From: Octopus sinensis
Lineage: Eukaryota
Direction of reading: 5' to 3'
Length of the DNA stretch: 64,000 bases
NCBI RefSeq assembly: GCF_006345805.1
Contig: NC_043011.1
Location: forward strand, 16,566,464 to 16,630,463
Positions 38,594 to 52,199 of this stretch are shown here, piece after piece. Numbering within the stretch: the first letter of the stretch is position 1; every line of letters begins with the position of its first letter. The notes under the pieces were generated by a model. That model saw nothing but the letters and a program-made list of their open reading frames with translations. It did no database searches and was not told the origin of the DNA. The position numbers were made by a program, and so were the translations under genes.

Positions 38594-39035
38594 TGTGTGC
38601 TTGTGTATGTACGTGCGTATGTGTTCATGTGTGTGTGTTGGTGTGCGTCTTTGTGTGTGTATGTGTATATATATATATATATATATACGTATATATACAT
38701 GTATACATACCTTAATATATGCACACACACTCTTCCTGTTATGTACAGTAATTTAGAGTGGAATAAGGTTTGAATGTATATATTTGCACACATTGCTTTG
38801 CATATGAGACTATATATACGCTTTATATATATATATATAATACATTTACATATATATACATATACATGTATAGATACATATGTATGTATTTATATATGTA
38901 TGCATATATATATATGTTTGTGCGTGTGTGTATATGTATGTACTAGTATCTATACATACACTTTTATATATACGTATATCTATACATCTGTATCAATATA
39001 TGCATACATACATATATACATACATATATACATAC

Positions 39036-39068
<33 letters not shown>

Positions 39069-39074
39069 CAAATA

Positions 39075-40667
39075 TATATATATATATGTGTGTGTGTATA
39101 CATGCATGTATGTATGTAAGCTCTGCATATATATATCTAGATGGACACCAACACGCACATACATGCCTAATAAACGTTATATATGTTTGCGCATGTGTGT
39201 GTGTGTGGTGGGTGTGTGCGTGCGTGCATGTATGTTAATGCGCGTGTCATACGAGGAAAGTGTGTCAAGAAGGTCTAGGTCTAACAATAAATAATCATCC
39301 AAGTTGAAACAATCTTCAGATTGTATTTTAGAAGACTGATAGTAGGAGACGTTTGATTTCCCTTGTGGGGAAAATATGTATACAGCAACAGGCAACTGCT
39401 TCAGCGGTTACGTATGTCTTTCGTCGGAGAATTTAATTCAAACATTGAGACTCATACATTTACATACAAGCATATCACCATACATAGCTTGTAACATGCG
39501 TAGATACATACACAAATATTGATAAACGCATACATGAATTTCGACGAAGTCTAATATTTGGAAAACCATATTTGTGCATTGACATGCAAATAAGTATAGT
39601 AACACATGCAACCATTCAGACAGACATAGAAACCTATTCATTTACAAAACACAGATGCACACACACACACACACACACAATGACACAATCTGTTTGTGAG
39701 TCTGCATTGAAACAAGTGTGTGCTCATGTAGCTTCTTATAATAGATGCAGGTTATAAACAACACTCTCACAAAGACATACAAATGGAAATTGCTTGTAAC
39801 ATGACTTGCAAATAACTAATACACGTGTAGATACTTACATGCACTGAAACAACTGAACACAACGTTGTTAAAAACTTCATGCCTGAATATAAAATTTTTT
39901 TACACATGTATTCATATCGATATCTTTCAAAGAAACGCGTGTGCTGCATGCGCACGCAGACATAGATACATACGGCCGCACGAAGTCAGATATGGACGCG
40001 TATACATACACACGCTCACAAATACTAACTTAAATAATACATGCATGTGTAAGTATATGTATAGAATATATATATATATGTATATATATATATATGTGCG
40101 TGTGTGTATACATGCATGTATGTATGTAAGCTCTGCATATATATATCTAGATGGACACCGACACGCACATACATGCCTCATATACGTTATATATGTTTGC
40201 GCATGTGTGTGTGTGTGGTGGGTGTGTGCGTGCGTGCATGTGTGTTAATGCGCGTGTCATACGAGGAAAGTGTGTCAAGAAGGTCTAGGTCTAACAATAA
40301 ATAATCATCCAAGTTGAAACAATCTTCAGATTGTATTTTAGAAGACTGATAGTAGGAGACGTTTGATTTCCCTTGTGGGGAAAATATGTATACAGCAACC
40401 GGCAACTGCTTCAGCGGTTACGTATGTCTTTGGTCGGAGAATTTAATTCAAACATTGAGACTCATACATTTACATACAAGCATATCACCATACATAGCTT
40501 GTAACATGCGTAGATACATACACAAATATTGATAAACGCATACATGAATTTCGACGAAGTCTAATATTTGGAAAACCATATTTGTGCATTGACATGCAAA
40601 TAAGTATAGTAACACATGCAACCATTCAGACAGACATAAAAACCTATTCATTTACAAAACACAGATG

Positions 40668-40698
<31 letters not shown>

Positions 40699-41102
40699 AC
40701 ACAATCTGTTTGTGAGTCTGCATTGAAACAAGTGTGTGCTCATGTAGCTTCTTATAATAGATGCAGGTTATAAACAACACTCTCACAAAGACATACAAAT
40801 GGAAATTGCTTGTAACATGACTTGCAAATAACTAATACACGTATAGATACTTACATGCACTGAAACAACTGAACACAACGTTGTTAAAAACTTCATGCCT
40901 GAATATAAAATTTTTTTACACATGTATTCATATCGATATCTTTCAAAGAAACGCGTGTGCTGCATGCGCACGCAGACATAGATACATACGGCCGCACGAA
41001 GTCAGATATGGACGCGTATACATACACACGCTCACAAATACTAACTTAAATAATACATGCATGTGTAAGTATATGTATAAGAATATATATATATATGTAT
41101 AT
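39075..41102. repeat. near-identical tandem duplication, ~1.01-kb unit x2
   Basis: Offset 1010-1016 bp; about ten substitutions plus a (CA)n length difference; bounded by (TA)n. Confidence 0.95.
39253..39361 (-). CDS. candidate internal exon (duplicated at 40263-40371)
   Basis: Acceptor TATACATATTTTCCCCACAAG, weak donor GTATGA, open frame [35 protein letters not shown]; no recognised homology. Confidence 0.17.
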
Positions 41103-41171
41103 AGGGATCACCACTACTTTATTATCTCCTCTTCTTCCTAGGTCTCCTGGGAGACCCCTCTATCCGGCTTT

Positions 41172-41365
41172 CGCCATGATAGATCGTTAGCTACTACACA
41201 TTCTTTATTTATTTTCTCTCCTTGTTCCGTTGTGATCCTTTCTGTGGAAGAGCTTAGGCTCGAAATGTTAAAGTCTTTTTCACTTCCCGAGCGTTAAACT
41301 AATACATCCGTTTGTTTTCTACACCACCTGTCTTCGTCTTTTCTTTCTTTTTTGTGAATTCTCCC
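41172..41365 (+). mobile_element. dispersed copy of the hammerhead-like repeat seen at 1388-2128
   Basis: CGCCATGATAGATCGTTAGCTACTACACA..CTTTCTGTGGAAGAGCTTAGGCTCGAAATGTTAAAG. Confidence 0.8.
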
Positions 41366-42729
41366 TATATTTATATATATATATATATATATATACAAAT
41401 CCTCATAAATATATATGCAGGCACACGCATGCACGCACACAACCATACACATACAGATATATATGGATTGAAAAGTTGAAGAGGGCTAAAACGAGTAAAT
41501 TTATATTAAAAATACGAGAAAAAAATGCTTTGAGAATGCTATCAATGTTAAAGTAAATATTTACATTTATAACAAAATATATTGCCAATTTTAATCGCTT
41601 AAAAAGGCGATTTAGACATACTGAAATATATGAGAATCTATATTGAATTTAATCAACTTAAATTCTAATGATATTAGGTCTGGATTCAGACATGTTTGTC
41701 GTACAGAAATCATACAGTGCTGGTATTTCGTTTACATTATTGTTGATATATAATAGCATTAACAGTAATGGTAGCAGTAGCGACAGAAGAAGGAAGAGCT
41801 CATCAGTGGTAGCTGTTTTAACTTATTTGGAAATGGCTTTTAGCAGTAACAACAGTAAATTTTCATACGGTAGTCCGCCAGTAATCAAGGGCATAACAGC
41901 CCTCATAAGAAAAGTATCGGAAAATCTCTCTTATACAGTTTAGGTAGGTGCCAGAGTGAGGACGTGTCTGTTGTCTATTTAGAGCTTGTACCAACAGCTG
42001 TCATTGAAGAAAGTTTTTGCCTTTATCCATTGCGATACTCCTGATGTTACAATCGGTGGGATTACTTTTTAATCACCATTGGTGCCTCGTTAGCTTCATG
42101 ACATTAAAGTCCGACTTGTTAAATTTGGTCCTGAAGGGACCCTTTGCCGCGCCCATATGCTTTCACACGTCCTTCCACTGGAATACTTCGGCGACACACC
42201 CGCCTCATATACAACAATTTGTGATGCATTGACTCTTTAGTGGTCTGCAGTGTTGGCTCTACCTTGACATCCTGCCTCTCTTTCCAATATGGGGATAGTC
42301 ACAAAAATTTTATTTTGTTAAGTTCACAGCTAACAGACACTCACACACGCACACACAGTATTATTCTCATTTAAATTCCAATCCGACACGTGTTTCTACT
42401 CGATAAATGTACTAATTTCCCTTGTTGTATTATTTATGTGCATTTAATTGATTAGGTTGCGGTATGTATTCATCTAATATAGGCATTCCTATGCATCTTT
42501 GTTCAAGGTTTTATCCATGCAGGTGGATGAAGCGATCTGAAGATAGTCTATGTTAATGTTGGTCAACGTTAGGAAGTCATAAACATTTGGGTACGAGGCA
42601 GCAGAGGTTCCTTTGAAATATAGTTCTGATATCATTTAAACCTTTTGAAAAATTTAAGGGAGATTATTTTATACACTTAGTACAGAACCTTAATTCAGAA
42701 TGTATTCACATCATTCACCACTCATAATC

Positions 42730-43160
42730 TTTCCTACTCTAAGCACAAGGCCCGGAATTTTGAGGGAGAGGGCCAGTAGATTAGATCGACCTTAGTACGC
42801 AACTGGTGCTCAATTTATCGACCGCGAAAGAATGAAAGGGAAAGTCGACCGCGGCGGAATTTGAATTCAGAAAGTAAAGCCAGACGAAATACGCTAAGCA
42901 TTTCGCCCGGCGTGCTAACGTTTCTTATTTCTTTTTTGCCCACAAGGAGCTAAACATAAAGGGTACAAACAAGGACAGACAAACGACGGATTAAGTCGAT
43001 TATATCGACCCCAGTGCGTAACTGGTACTTAATTTATCGACCCCGAAAGAATGAAAGGCAAAATCAACCGCGGCGGAATTTGAACTCAGAAGGTAAAGAC
43101 ATGAAACACGCTAAGCATTTCGCCCGGTGGGCTAAAGTTTCTGCCTGCTCGCCACCTTAT
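42730..43160 (-). mobile_element. two tandem SINE family B copies
   Basis: The family B reverse complement occurs twice. Confidence 0.85.
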
Positions 43161-43701
43161 TCACCATGCATAATGAGGATAAAATGATTCCACATACGTT
43201 TTATGCACACATTTAAAAGGAATTGAAGGAAAGTAGAAATAAAGAGGAAATAAATATCATTTTAATTTAGGTGTTTAGACCTGACAATAGCAATCGAGTT
43301 TTAGACTTTTTTTTAATATTAGCAGTGTAGTGTTGATTAGAAGTAGTTAAGTGAGTCGAAATTTTAATCATATTTAGTGCTAATTAACAAAAGAATTATT
43401 ATTTTCATGTTCATTAAGAGCTTGTTCAATTCTAACTTGAGAAAATTTGCGATTATTTGATTTGGTTATGGGCACTTCTATCTACGAGATATTCAGTTAA
43501 ATGTCCTTCTTTGAAGAGTATTTAAGTACTTTTCAAAATGAATGGGCAAATTTTAGAGCAAATCCGATTCCGTTATTTAAAACCTGTAATTAAAGGTAAA
43601 GATATGGAATATTACTCACAAACATAGATTACACTTCGAATTCCCAATATCATACGATGAAGTGCTGCTAATAATTGCCCATTTAATATCATCTTTAGTG
43701 A

Positions 43702-44002
43702 GTGGAGGCACATAGCCCATAGCCTAATGGTTAGACTAGCGGATTCGCGGTCGAGGGATTGCGGGTTTGAATCTCAGACCGGGCGATGTGTGTGTCTATG
43801 AGAGAAACACCTAAGTTTCACGCGGCTCCGGCAGAAGGTAATGGCGTTCTTTGCTGATTCTTTCGCCACAACTTTCTCTCACCCTTTTCTCCTGCACCTT
43901 GCAGCTCACCTGCGACGGACCGGCGTCTTGTCCAGGTGGGGAACCTATACGCCAAAGAAACCGGCCATTATGAACCAGGCGTGGCTCGAGAAGGAACAAA
44001 CA
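43702..44002 (+). mobile_element. tRNA-derived SINE family C
   Basis: GTGGAGGCACATAG..TGGTTAGA..GGGTTTGAATCTCAG..GGCTCGAGAAGGAACAAACA; homologue at 50302. Confidence 0.85.
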
Positions 44003-44486
44003 TCATATTTAGTGCCCTTATCCCTTACAGCCCAGGACTATAAAACCTTGAGTAAAGATGCATAGTGATGTTTACTTTGAATAAATATGTACTGCAAATG
44101 AATCAAGTAAATACACTTAAATGCTACATAAAAGGTCATTGAGACACTTATCTGGCACAAACACGTGTTAGACTGAAATCTAATAAAAATGATACTGCAA
44201 TAATCAAATTTTGTAGATGTATAATTCTTCATTTTTTTCTTTATATTTCTTGATTATATGCTCCGTATGCTGTATGAAATTCAATGAAACGTACAAGAGC
44301 ATATGAAGGCATTTATTTTTAAATTATTTATATTTTACTACTGTATTGAATACCTTTTCTTTCACTTCATTAATATTAAAATTACGCATGTGTGTGTATT
44401 GCTGAGAGCGTCACTGTACGAGCGCATATTCTGTGTGTGGTTGTGTGGATGTGTGTGTGTGTGTGTGTATGTGTGTGTGTGTGTGT

Positions 44487-44517
<31 letters not shown>

Positions 44518-44699
44518 AGTGTGCGTTTTTGTAAGTCAACAATAATTCTGAATAATTCTATCTAAGAAAGATGCTAAGAATGATATTTCTGCTGTCCTAA
44601 CATTTTGGCTTTGGAATATATGTATATCTCTCTGCGAGAGGCCAATCTTTTATCGAACATTCTTTTACTAGTGCAACAGAATACTTGTAGAGAATTCTT

Positions 44700-44950
44700 T
44701 CTTTTATTCTTTTATTCTTTTAATTGGTTCTTTCATTTGAATGTGGCCATGCTGGAGCACCGCCTTAATAGATTTTTTTTTAGCTGAAGATATTGACCCA
44801 AGGATTTATTCTTTGTAAGCCTAGTACTTATTCTATCGGTCACTTTTGCCGAACCGCTAATTCACGTAAACACACCAACATCGGTTGTCAAGCGATGGTG
44901 GAGGAAAAGCTCAGACACAGAGATACGCACATAGATATATATATATATAT
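44700..44950 (-). mobile_element. 3' half of SINE family A
   Basis: GGCCATGCTGGAGCACCGCC..CATCGGTTGTCAAGCG. Confidence 0.8.
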
Positions 44951-44953
44951 ATC

Positions 44954-44984
<31 letters not shown>

Positions 44985-45007
44985 ATGTATGTATGTATGT
45001 ATGTATG

Positions 45008-45049
<42 letters not shown>

Positions 45050-46729
45050 ATATAATATATATATATATTATATATATATATATATATATACATATATACA
45101 TATATACATATATACATATATGTATATATGTGCTTATATGTTGACTGAAAACGAAGTTTGCTACATCAATGCACTTTTGCAAAACAAAGAGATAAAGACA
45201 AATTTACAAATAAAACCCACTTCAATTTATAACGGAATGAGTCATACACAGACTGCTGGTATGATCGATCTAATATACAGAAATAAAACTTAGGTCCTTC
45301 TTTCAATACTGGCGTTTTCATTTGTAAGGGATAAACTGGATATTTTTCTCATGCATTTTCTTAAACAGACGGATTTAACACGGCTTGAATACCTTTGATC
45401 TTTTCACTGTTGTATGAGCGTTGATGTGAAAAATAAAACATCGTTGGTAATAATACATTAGACAAGACAAAATACTGACGCTGATAAGTGTCAGCTCAGT
45501 ATATTTCCCTCGATTATTTTTCCATGATTCATTGTGCAAACAATCAGATTTCTAATACATATATGTGGCGTACATAATATTACTTAAAACGTTCATAATT
45601 TTGGTCTCAGTTTACGATTACATGACAGATCTTGTGTCTGCATGCTTATTTCTGATTATTAAATATCTGTGTATGCACTGTCGCTTAGTCATACGAAAAT
45701 TTATATGGATGGCATTTGTTAAGAGGAAATTAACCACGTTCGCTTATATTATCATGTACATTTGATAGTAACAATTCTTGTTAAACATTCGTTAAAGTTG
45801 TCTTAAAAGCAATGTCTTAGAATAGTTTTGTAACAAAACGCGAGATCGATACGGATTATAAATTTTTATTGCTTCGTTTTCATCAACTGATGTTCAGAAT
45901 GATAACATTAATAATAGCCTCGACTCACAACTAAGATGTGTAATTGATAAAAACACGCAGAATTTTTTCGTTGAAAAGTAATGGCAAATTGCAGATCTTT
46001 GCAGAATGACATGTTTTAAATCTTTTATTTTTCTACGTGTGTGCCTACATTTAATCAAAACGATTTTTCTCAAAATATGACATGGCATCGTGTTTAAGAG
46101 TTAATGGCATATCAGATTTTTTTTTTTTTAATTATTTGTCTTTCGCCATGTAATTCAGCTGTAAAGTATTATAGTAATAAATATTTCTCTCACTTACAAT
46201 CGTGGTTGTTAAGTTTCGGCTTAAATAAAATTGCCTCAAGGAAACATAAATATTTTATAGAAAGCATAGTTGAAATTATTCATATATATTACTGAAATTT
46301 CAGGAAATGATTGCCGCGTAACAGCTTGTAGCTATTCATTTAAAAATAAAAATAAAAATAAAACAATATAATTAAATGAATTGAAATTTTTCTATAATTG
46401 CAGAAAAATGGATTCTCAGGATTTTTATTGAATAAATTATGCATTCAAGTATTGGATACCAAACATTCGTATCCCAAATCTTATTTGCATATATGTGGAT
46501 ACAATAAATGGACAAGAAATAATAATTTATATAAGTCAAAATTTTATAAATGTTAATTCTTTTTAAATGTGATTTGTTAAGTTTTTGATTTTCGTATCTT
46601 TGTGTTGCGTTGATGGTTTAGTAAATCAATCCAATCTTATCGTATAATTTTGTTGGACTCTATCCAAACCGCCGATTCAGTACAATTTCCGAGACGTTTG
46701 CGTCATAAAACCTTACAAATATATATTTC

Positions 46730-47136
46730 TTTACTGCCCACAAGGGGCTAAACATAGAGGGGACAAACAAGGACAGACAAACGGATTAAATCGATTGCAT
46801 CGACCCAGTGCGAAACTGGTACTTAATTTATCGACCCCTAGATGATGAAAGGCAAAGTCAACCTTGGCAGAATTTGAACTCAGAACGTAATGACAGACGA
46901 AATACCTATTTCTTTACTACCCACAAGGGGCTAAACACAGAGAGGACGAACAAGGACAGACAAACGGATTAAGTCGATTACATGGACCCCAGTGCGTAAC
47001 TGGTACTTAATTTATCGACCCCCGAAAATATGAATGGCAAAGGCAACCTTGGCGAAATTTGAACTCAGAACGTAACGGCAGACGAAATACGGCTACACAT
47101 TTCGCCCGGCGTGCTAACGGTTCTCCCAGCTCGCCG
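46730..47136 (-). mobile_element. tandem SINE family B copies
   Basis: TTTCTTTACTGCCCACAAGGGGCTAAAC..unit repeated. Confidence 0.85.
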
Positions 47137-47552
47137 TCCTAAAACCTTTCAAATATAATCGGTAGCAGTTATTACATGTGCAGTCTTGCATTTTTTGCAT
47201 TGTACAATGATGTAGTTACCATATTTTCAACAGAAACATTAGAACATTGTGCGAAATAACTTATGATAATTTGATACTCTTTTAACAAGCTCAGTTCAAT
47301 ACGTGAAGAGGTAATCTTTTCCTTTACTTAATTCAGAGTCGGTAAAATAAATAATAGTCCAAAAGTGGAGTCAATATAATTGACAGTACCATTGTTTCAA
47401 ATGCTATAACTGGTCACGTACCAATTTTAGTAGTCAAAATTTCCTCGAAATATACCAACATTTTCCAGATATCTTTTGATACTGATATCAACTATTTTTA
47501 TATTATTAGTGTTATTCAAGATACTGACCATGTACAACTCAGTTTATCTTAC

Positions 47553-47692
47553 ACTTAAGGAAATCCTGATTTGCTTCTAGTAGCTTTGATTCACTGATTT
47601 CATATGGATTCCTATATAAAGGATTATATTTATAAATGTGGAACTCGATGCAGTTGAACACTGCAAGATGCGTAATACTTCTTGGCTTTATC
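47553..47692 (-). CDS. candidate internal coding exon (140 nt, phase 2 to phase 1), unknown protein
   Basis: Strong acceptor TACTACTTTCTCATTTCAG, donor GTAAGA, single open frame IKPRSITHLAVFNCIEFHIYKYNPLYRNPYEISESKLLEANQDFLK in non-repetitive sequence. Confidence 0.35.
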
Positions 47693-48963
47693 CTGAAATG
47701 AGAAAGTAGTATAAATGATATTGTATTCCTTTCTACACTTGAACAACTGAAATGCATTTCATTTCTTTGTTATAATATCGGAAAGAAGAAATTCTACTCT
47801 TAGGTCTGATACTTGAAATGATGAAAAATACAGTAATCTTTTGTACAGTTTCGTGTTAAACGAAAGGAAGTTTGATTATCTGAATATCTTACACGTCAAG
47901 GAAACAATCTATGCAACAAATGTTCTTTCTTTTTTTTTTCTTTCAAAGAATCTCCTTTATTCCTGTAATTCTTATTGCACTACTTCCACGTAACTTGTTA
48001 TCAGTGATGTGTTCCTTTGACCTCCTCATCGATTGTCGTTCAGATGAGGAGAATAAAATATTTTCGATCTGGCAATAAATTTGATACTGATTCGTTTGAT
48101 TCTAAAAGAAGATAAATTATGCATTATATTAGATCTAATGTAAGAGAAAATAGAACTAGCGTGTAATGAATTATAATGAAAATTCAAATATTTCAAGTGA
48201 GGTAAACGTAATTTGCATTATTCGAGAATCCGATTCCTTTGTTATCCAAACATATTTTAAGTACCTGTCATAGATAAAATACATACTTTGTTTTTCTTTT
48301 ACTCGTTTACTACACTGTGCCTAATATTGAATGTGGAAATAGAAAGAAGCTATGTAAATCCATGCAGAGCTGCTTCTGTTTTTATTCCATGTAGTACTTC
48401 TTGTTTTATCCAATAGAGAGAATTTTTTTCTTTTAATCATTGGAAAACGTTGTTTAGTTGAAGATGTGTTTGTAAGACAAATATTTCATTTTAGTTTCAT
48501 AGTTCATGTGATAAAATGAATCGGATGATTTGCATAGATTATCAGGGAACATTAAATACTATCAAATATATATTCTACGTGTACATGTTGCCTGCCGAGC
48601 AAATTTATTTTTCCTTTTCTGAAACCAAAATTCGAAATATACTTTAAATATATTAGCTAAGTGTGGCTCTATTGTTCGGTAAACACAAGGAAATGTCTGA
48701 GAGTCAATCCTGATAGTGCACCGTCTCAATTCTGATTACGTCATTCAGCATATTACAGTGACCTAATACTCTCGAAACAATGCTTTTCATTTTACATGAA
48801 ATAGCTTGCTTGCTTCTGAAACGACAAACAAATTTAATAGTGAAACCTGGACGATATGCATCTTATTTGGTAATGCATTCTACATTTCAAGTTTACTTTG
48901 TCTCAAAAATGTATCTGTTGGTAGTTTGTAATCGGTAACTTATATTTATTAATATTGAGCTCG

Positions 48964-49380
48964 AAGGCGGCGAGCTGGCAGAAACGTTAGCGCACCGCGC
49001 GAAATGCTTAGCGATATTTCGTCTGCCGTTACGTTCTGAGTTCAAATTCCCCCGAGGTCGACTTTGCCTTTCATCCTTTCGGGGTCGAGTAAGTAAGTAC
49101 CAGTTACGCACTGGGGTCAATATAATCGACTTAATCCGTTTGTCTATCCTTGTATGTCCTCTCTGTGTTTAGCCCCTGGTGGGTAGTAAATAAATAGGTA
49201 TTTCCTCTGTCGTTATGCTCTGAGTTCAAATTCCGCCGAGGTCGACTTTACCTTTCATCCTATCGGGGTCGATAAATAAAGTACCAGTTTCGCACTGGGG
49301 TCGATGTAATCGACTTAATTCCTTTGTCTGCCCTTGTTTGTCTCCTTTATGTTTAGCCTCTTTTGATTAGTAAAGAAATA
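48964..49380 (+). mobile_element. tandem SINE family B (full copy plus 3' copy)
   Basis: GAAGGCGGCGAGCTGGCAGAAACG head; body repeated. Confidence 0.88.
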
Positions 49381-49954
49381 TATATTTATTAGTATTGAGC
49401 TCAAATTTGAGAGTTTTGCTTTAACTGCCTGAATGATAGAAGCATGCATCCTAAAGCATATTGAAGGTTTCAAGCTTCGTTGCAGCAAATTTAGAGGTTC
49501 TGCAAATGTGTAGACTATTTTTGTATTATACTGATAATACGCGTTCTGTCAGCGTCATTCATATCAATTGTATATCTTTTATGTTAGCGCAAATAAAACC
49601 TCAATACCAATTATCTAAAGAATAGTTTGAATCCCTACAAACAGGTTGTCAAATGCATACTAATCTAACGGAATAATAAATTTGTTAGGAGCCGTGAAAT
49701 ACATTACTAATGATAAATGGCATATATGATTTTATTTGCATTAACACATGCCGCAATCTAAAATTCAAATCCTGATCTTTCTTGAGAATGCTAAACAGTA
49801 ATTTTTGGTAATTGGTTAATGATGTTATTTCAAAACTTACTTCATGGACATGAATCCTAACATTTTAATGAATTAAACATTTTGTTACATATACTGAGAA
49901 ATTCAAACATTGATGTGTCCTATTTTTAAAAGAATTGCTTTCTGGAAATATTTA

Positions 49955-50110
49955 GCCGTTGCTACGTTCTGAGTTCAAATTCCGTCGAGGTCACTTTCAT
50001 TCTTTCGGGGTCGATAAATTAAGTACCAGTGAAACACTGGGGTCGATGTAATCGACTAGTCTCCGCCTCGAAATTTTTAGACCTTGTATCTACTGTAGAA
50101 AGGATCATTA
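49955..50110 (+). mobile_element. 5'-truncated SINE family B-related copy
   Basis: CGTTCTGAGTTCAAATTCCG..GGGTCGATAAATTAAGTACCAG. Confidence 0.75.
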
Positions 50111-50301
50111 GGAAATAATGTAGCACTACAAAAGTTTACAACATGGGTACTGGAGCTGTTTTTCTTCACCGCAAGTTAACCTTTATTGAGTAGACTAATT
50201 ATTAAAGGCAATTCAACACTAATCAACTCATATATTTGTATATCAGCAATAGATTTCCCAGTGTACCCTTATATATTTAATACAATAGTATACTTTATGA
50301 T

Positions 50302-50600
50302 GTGGAGGCACATAGCCTAGTGGTTAAAGCAGCGGTCGAGGAATCGCGGGTTCGAATCTCAGACCGGGCGATATGTGTGTTTATGAGCGAAACATCTAAG
50401 ATTCACGCGGCTCCGGCAAAAGGTAATGGCGAACTTCTGCTGACTCTTTCGCCACAATTTTCCCTCACTATTTCCTCCCGCATCTTGCAGCTCATCTGCG
50501 ACGGACCGGCGTCCCGTCCAGGTGAGGAACCTATACGCCAAGGAAACCGGGAAACCGACCCTATGAGCCAGGGATGGCTCGAGAAGGAACAAACAACAAT
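50302..50600 (+). mobile_element. tRNA-derived SINE family C
   Basis: Homologous to 43702-44002. Confidence 0.88.
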
Positions 50601-51771
50601 ACTTTCTTTTTGATAGGAATGTGACTACTATTTCTAATAGTATGCGTAGACTCTTTCCCTTAGATCGATGTTTATATTAATATACAGTCCTCTGGTGATA
50701 TCCATATTTCATGTGACTAAAATGTACAATATAAGACTTAAATTGTCCTTACAATCAATGCCGTATAAGATGACAAGTTACGAAATTATACGAAGAAGCA
50801 TTATCTTATTATTTGTGCGGTCAGACAGCTTCTCTTTCTAAGTGTTAAAGTTTAGAACGATGTTATTCTGTATCAGGCCCTAAATAGGAACATAGGATCT
50901 GTGAATATTTATGATATTAGCTATTATTGAAAATATATGGTGATTTGTGAGGGATAGTATCGGGACATAAGAATAGATGTCTGTTTGTCAGAAACCGTAA
51001 TTAGAACGTCAGTTCTGTAGTCTTTTAGGTACCATAGACAGAACGATTTAATATAAATATATAATTGAATATAATGCTGAGTGACATACTAAAGACTAGC
51101 AGTGACAATATACACTCTTTTCTTTGATGTAGATTACAGAAAGTATCATGGATACTGAATTATTGAAATGTTCTGACAACTTCATTTGATTTTTTTGTCC
51201 CGATAATACTTATTATTTTTCTTTTATACTTTGCAAGAATGGCATTCACTAAGACAAGAAAAGATTTTTCCAAACTTTGTTTATAGAAAAATTCCAGTTA
51301 TGATAAAATGTTCTTATTGATTAGTTCTCTGGCTTAATTTATATGTCACACTGCATGACAGGAGCTGATCTTGCGGCCTGAGTTCTGTCGGGCAACGTGG
51401 GATCAAGAGACAACTTATTACTTCTTGTCATAAATAGCCGAAAGTAAAAATAAAATGTATGATAAACAAAGGTAGCATTTCATTCGAAAGAACAAAAGCG
51501 TATGTAAAGACGTGACATTGAAGTGTGTTTACTTCAGATACAAACTTAGTAAATCTGTTTCGAGTAGACAATCCTTGATTTATAGCTGTTTTCTAAGAAT
51601 GTCTTACTCTACAGGAATAAATTAGACGTCAACAAATAGATTCCAGCACCATAATAAACGAATTAGAAATTATTCGACAAGTTAGTATTTAACTGCATTG
51701 ACAAAAATTTAATCACAGAAATTAAGTAACTGTAAAACATGAGATGTGGGGAGCGCTAAGCAGTGGTAAGT

Positions 51772-52042
51772 AAAATTGTAATGTTATCAGCCCGAATATG
51801 TTGGCGGCACGTTCGAACTGGTGACCAACCTGCCTGATATACGTGACCGAAGAAGAGATAGCTACTCCAAAATGCTTGCATGTCATGGTCTGGGTAGGAG
51901 GTGCGGCGAGCTGATATAGGTGAATGCACACAATTTGTCAACAAACGGGATATATTTTCCGTGACAAAACGCAGTGAGTAGCTTGTTCACCGGTTCGAAC
52001 GTGCCTTAAGCATATTCGAACTGATCGTAACATTACAATGTA
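51772..52042. mobile_element. MITE-like element with ~60-bp imperfect inverted termini
   Basis: ATTGTAATGTTATCAGCCCGAATATG..GGCACGTTCGAACTGGTGACCAA is inverted as TTGTTCACCGGTTCGAACGTGCC..CATATTCGAACTGATCGTAACATTACAAT. Confidence 0.6.
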
Positions 52043-52199
52043 AAACATGATATTTTGCTTGGTCTTCACCTAAAAGCTGTACTGAGCAAATCGTTTTATG
52101 TGCATCGTTGACCTACTTAGAACAAAAAAATTTAATTGCTTTCCTGCAAAAATATCAAACTTTTGGATTGATCATTCATTTTCAGAGCAGTATCTATAA

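Noticed and set aside
41790-41810. CTGATGA on the minus strand as a hammerhead (also 9241, 26149, 59722)
   Set aside because: No stem II/GAAA/NUH arrangement follows; chance heptamers or parts of coding remnants.
43702-43780. tRNA gene (also at 50302, 58056, 13023)
   Set aside because: The tRNA-like A/B-box heads run straight into shared SINE bodies; no complete cloverleaf.
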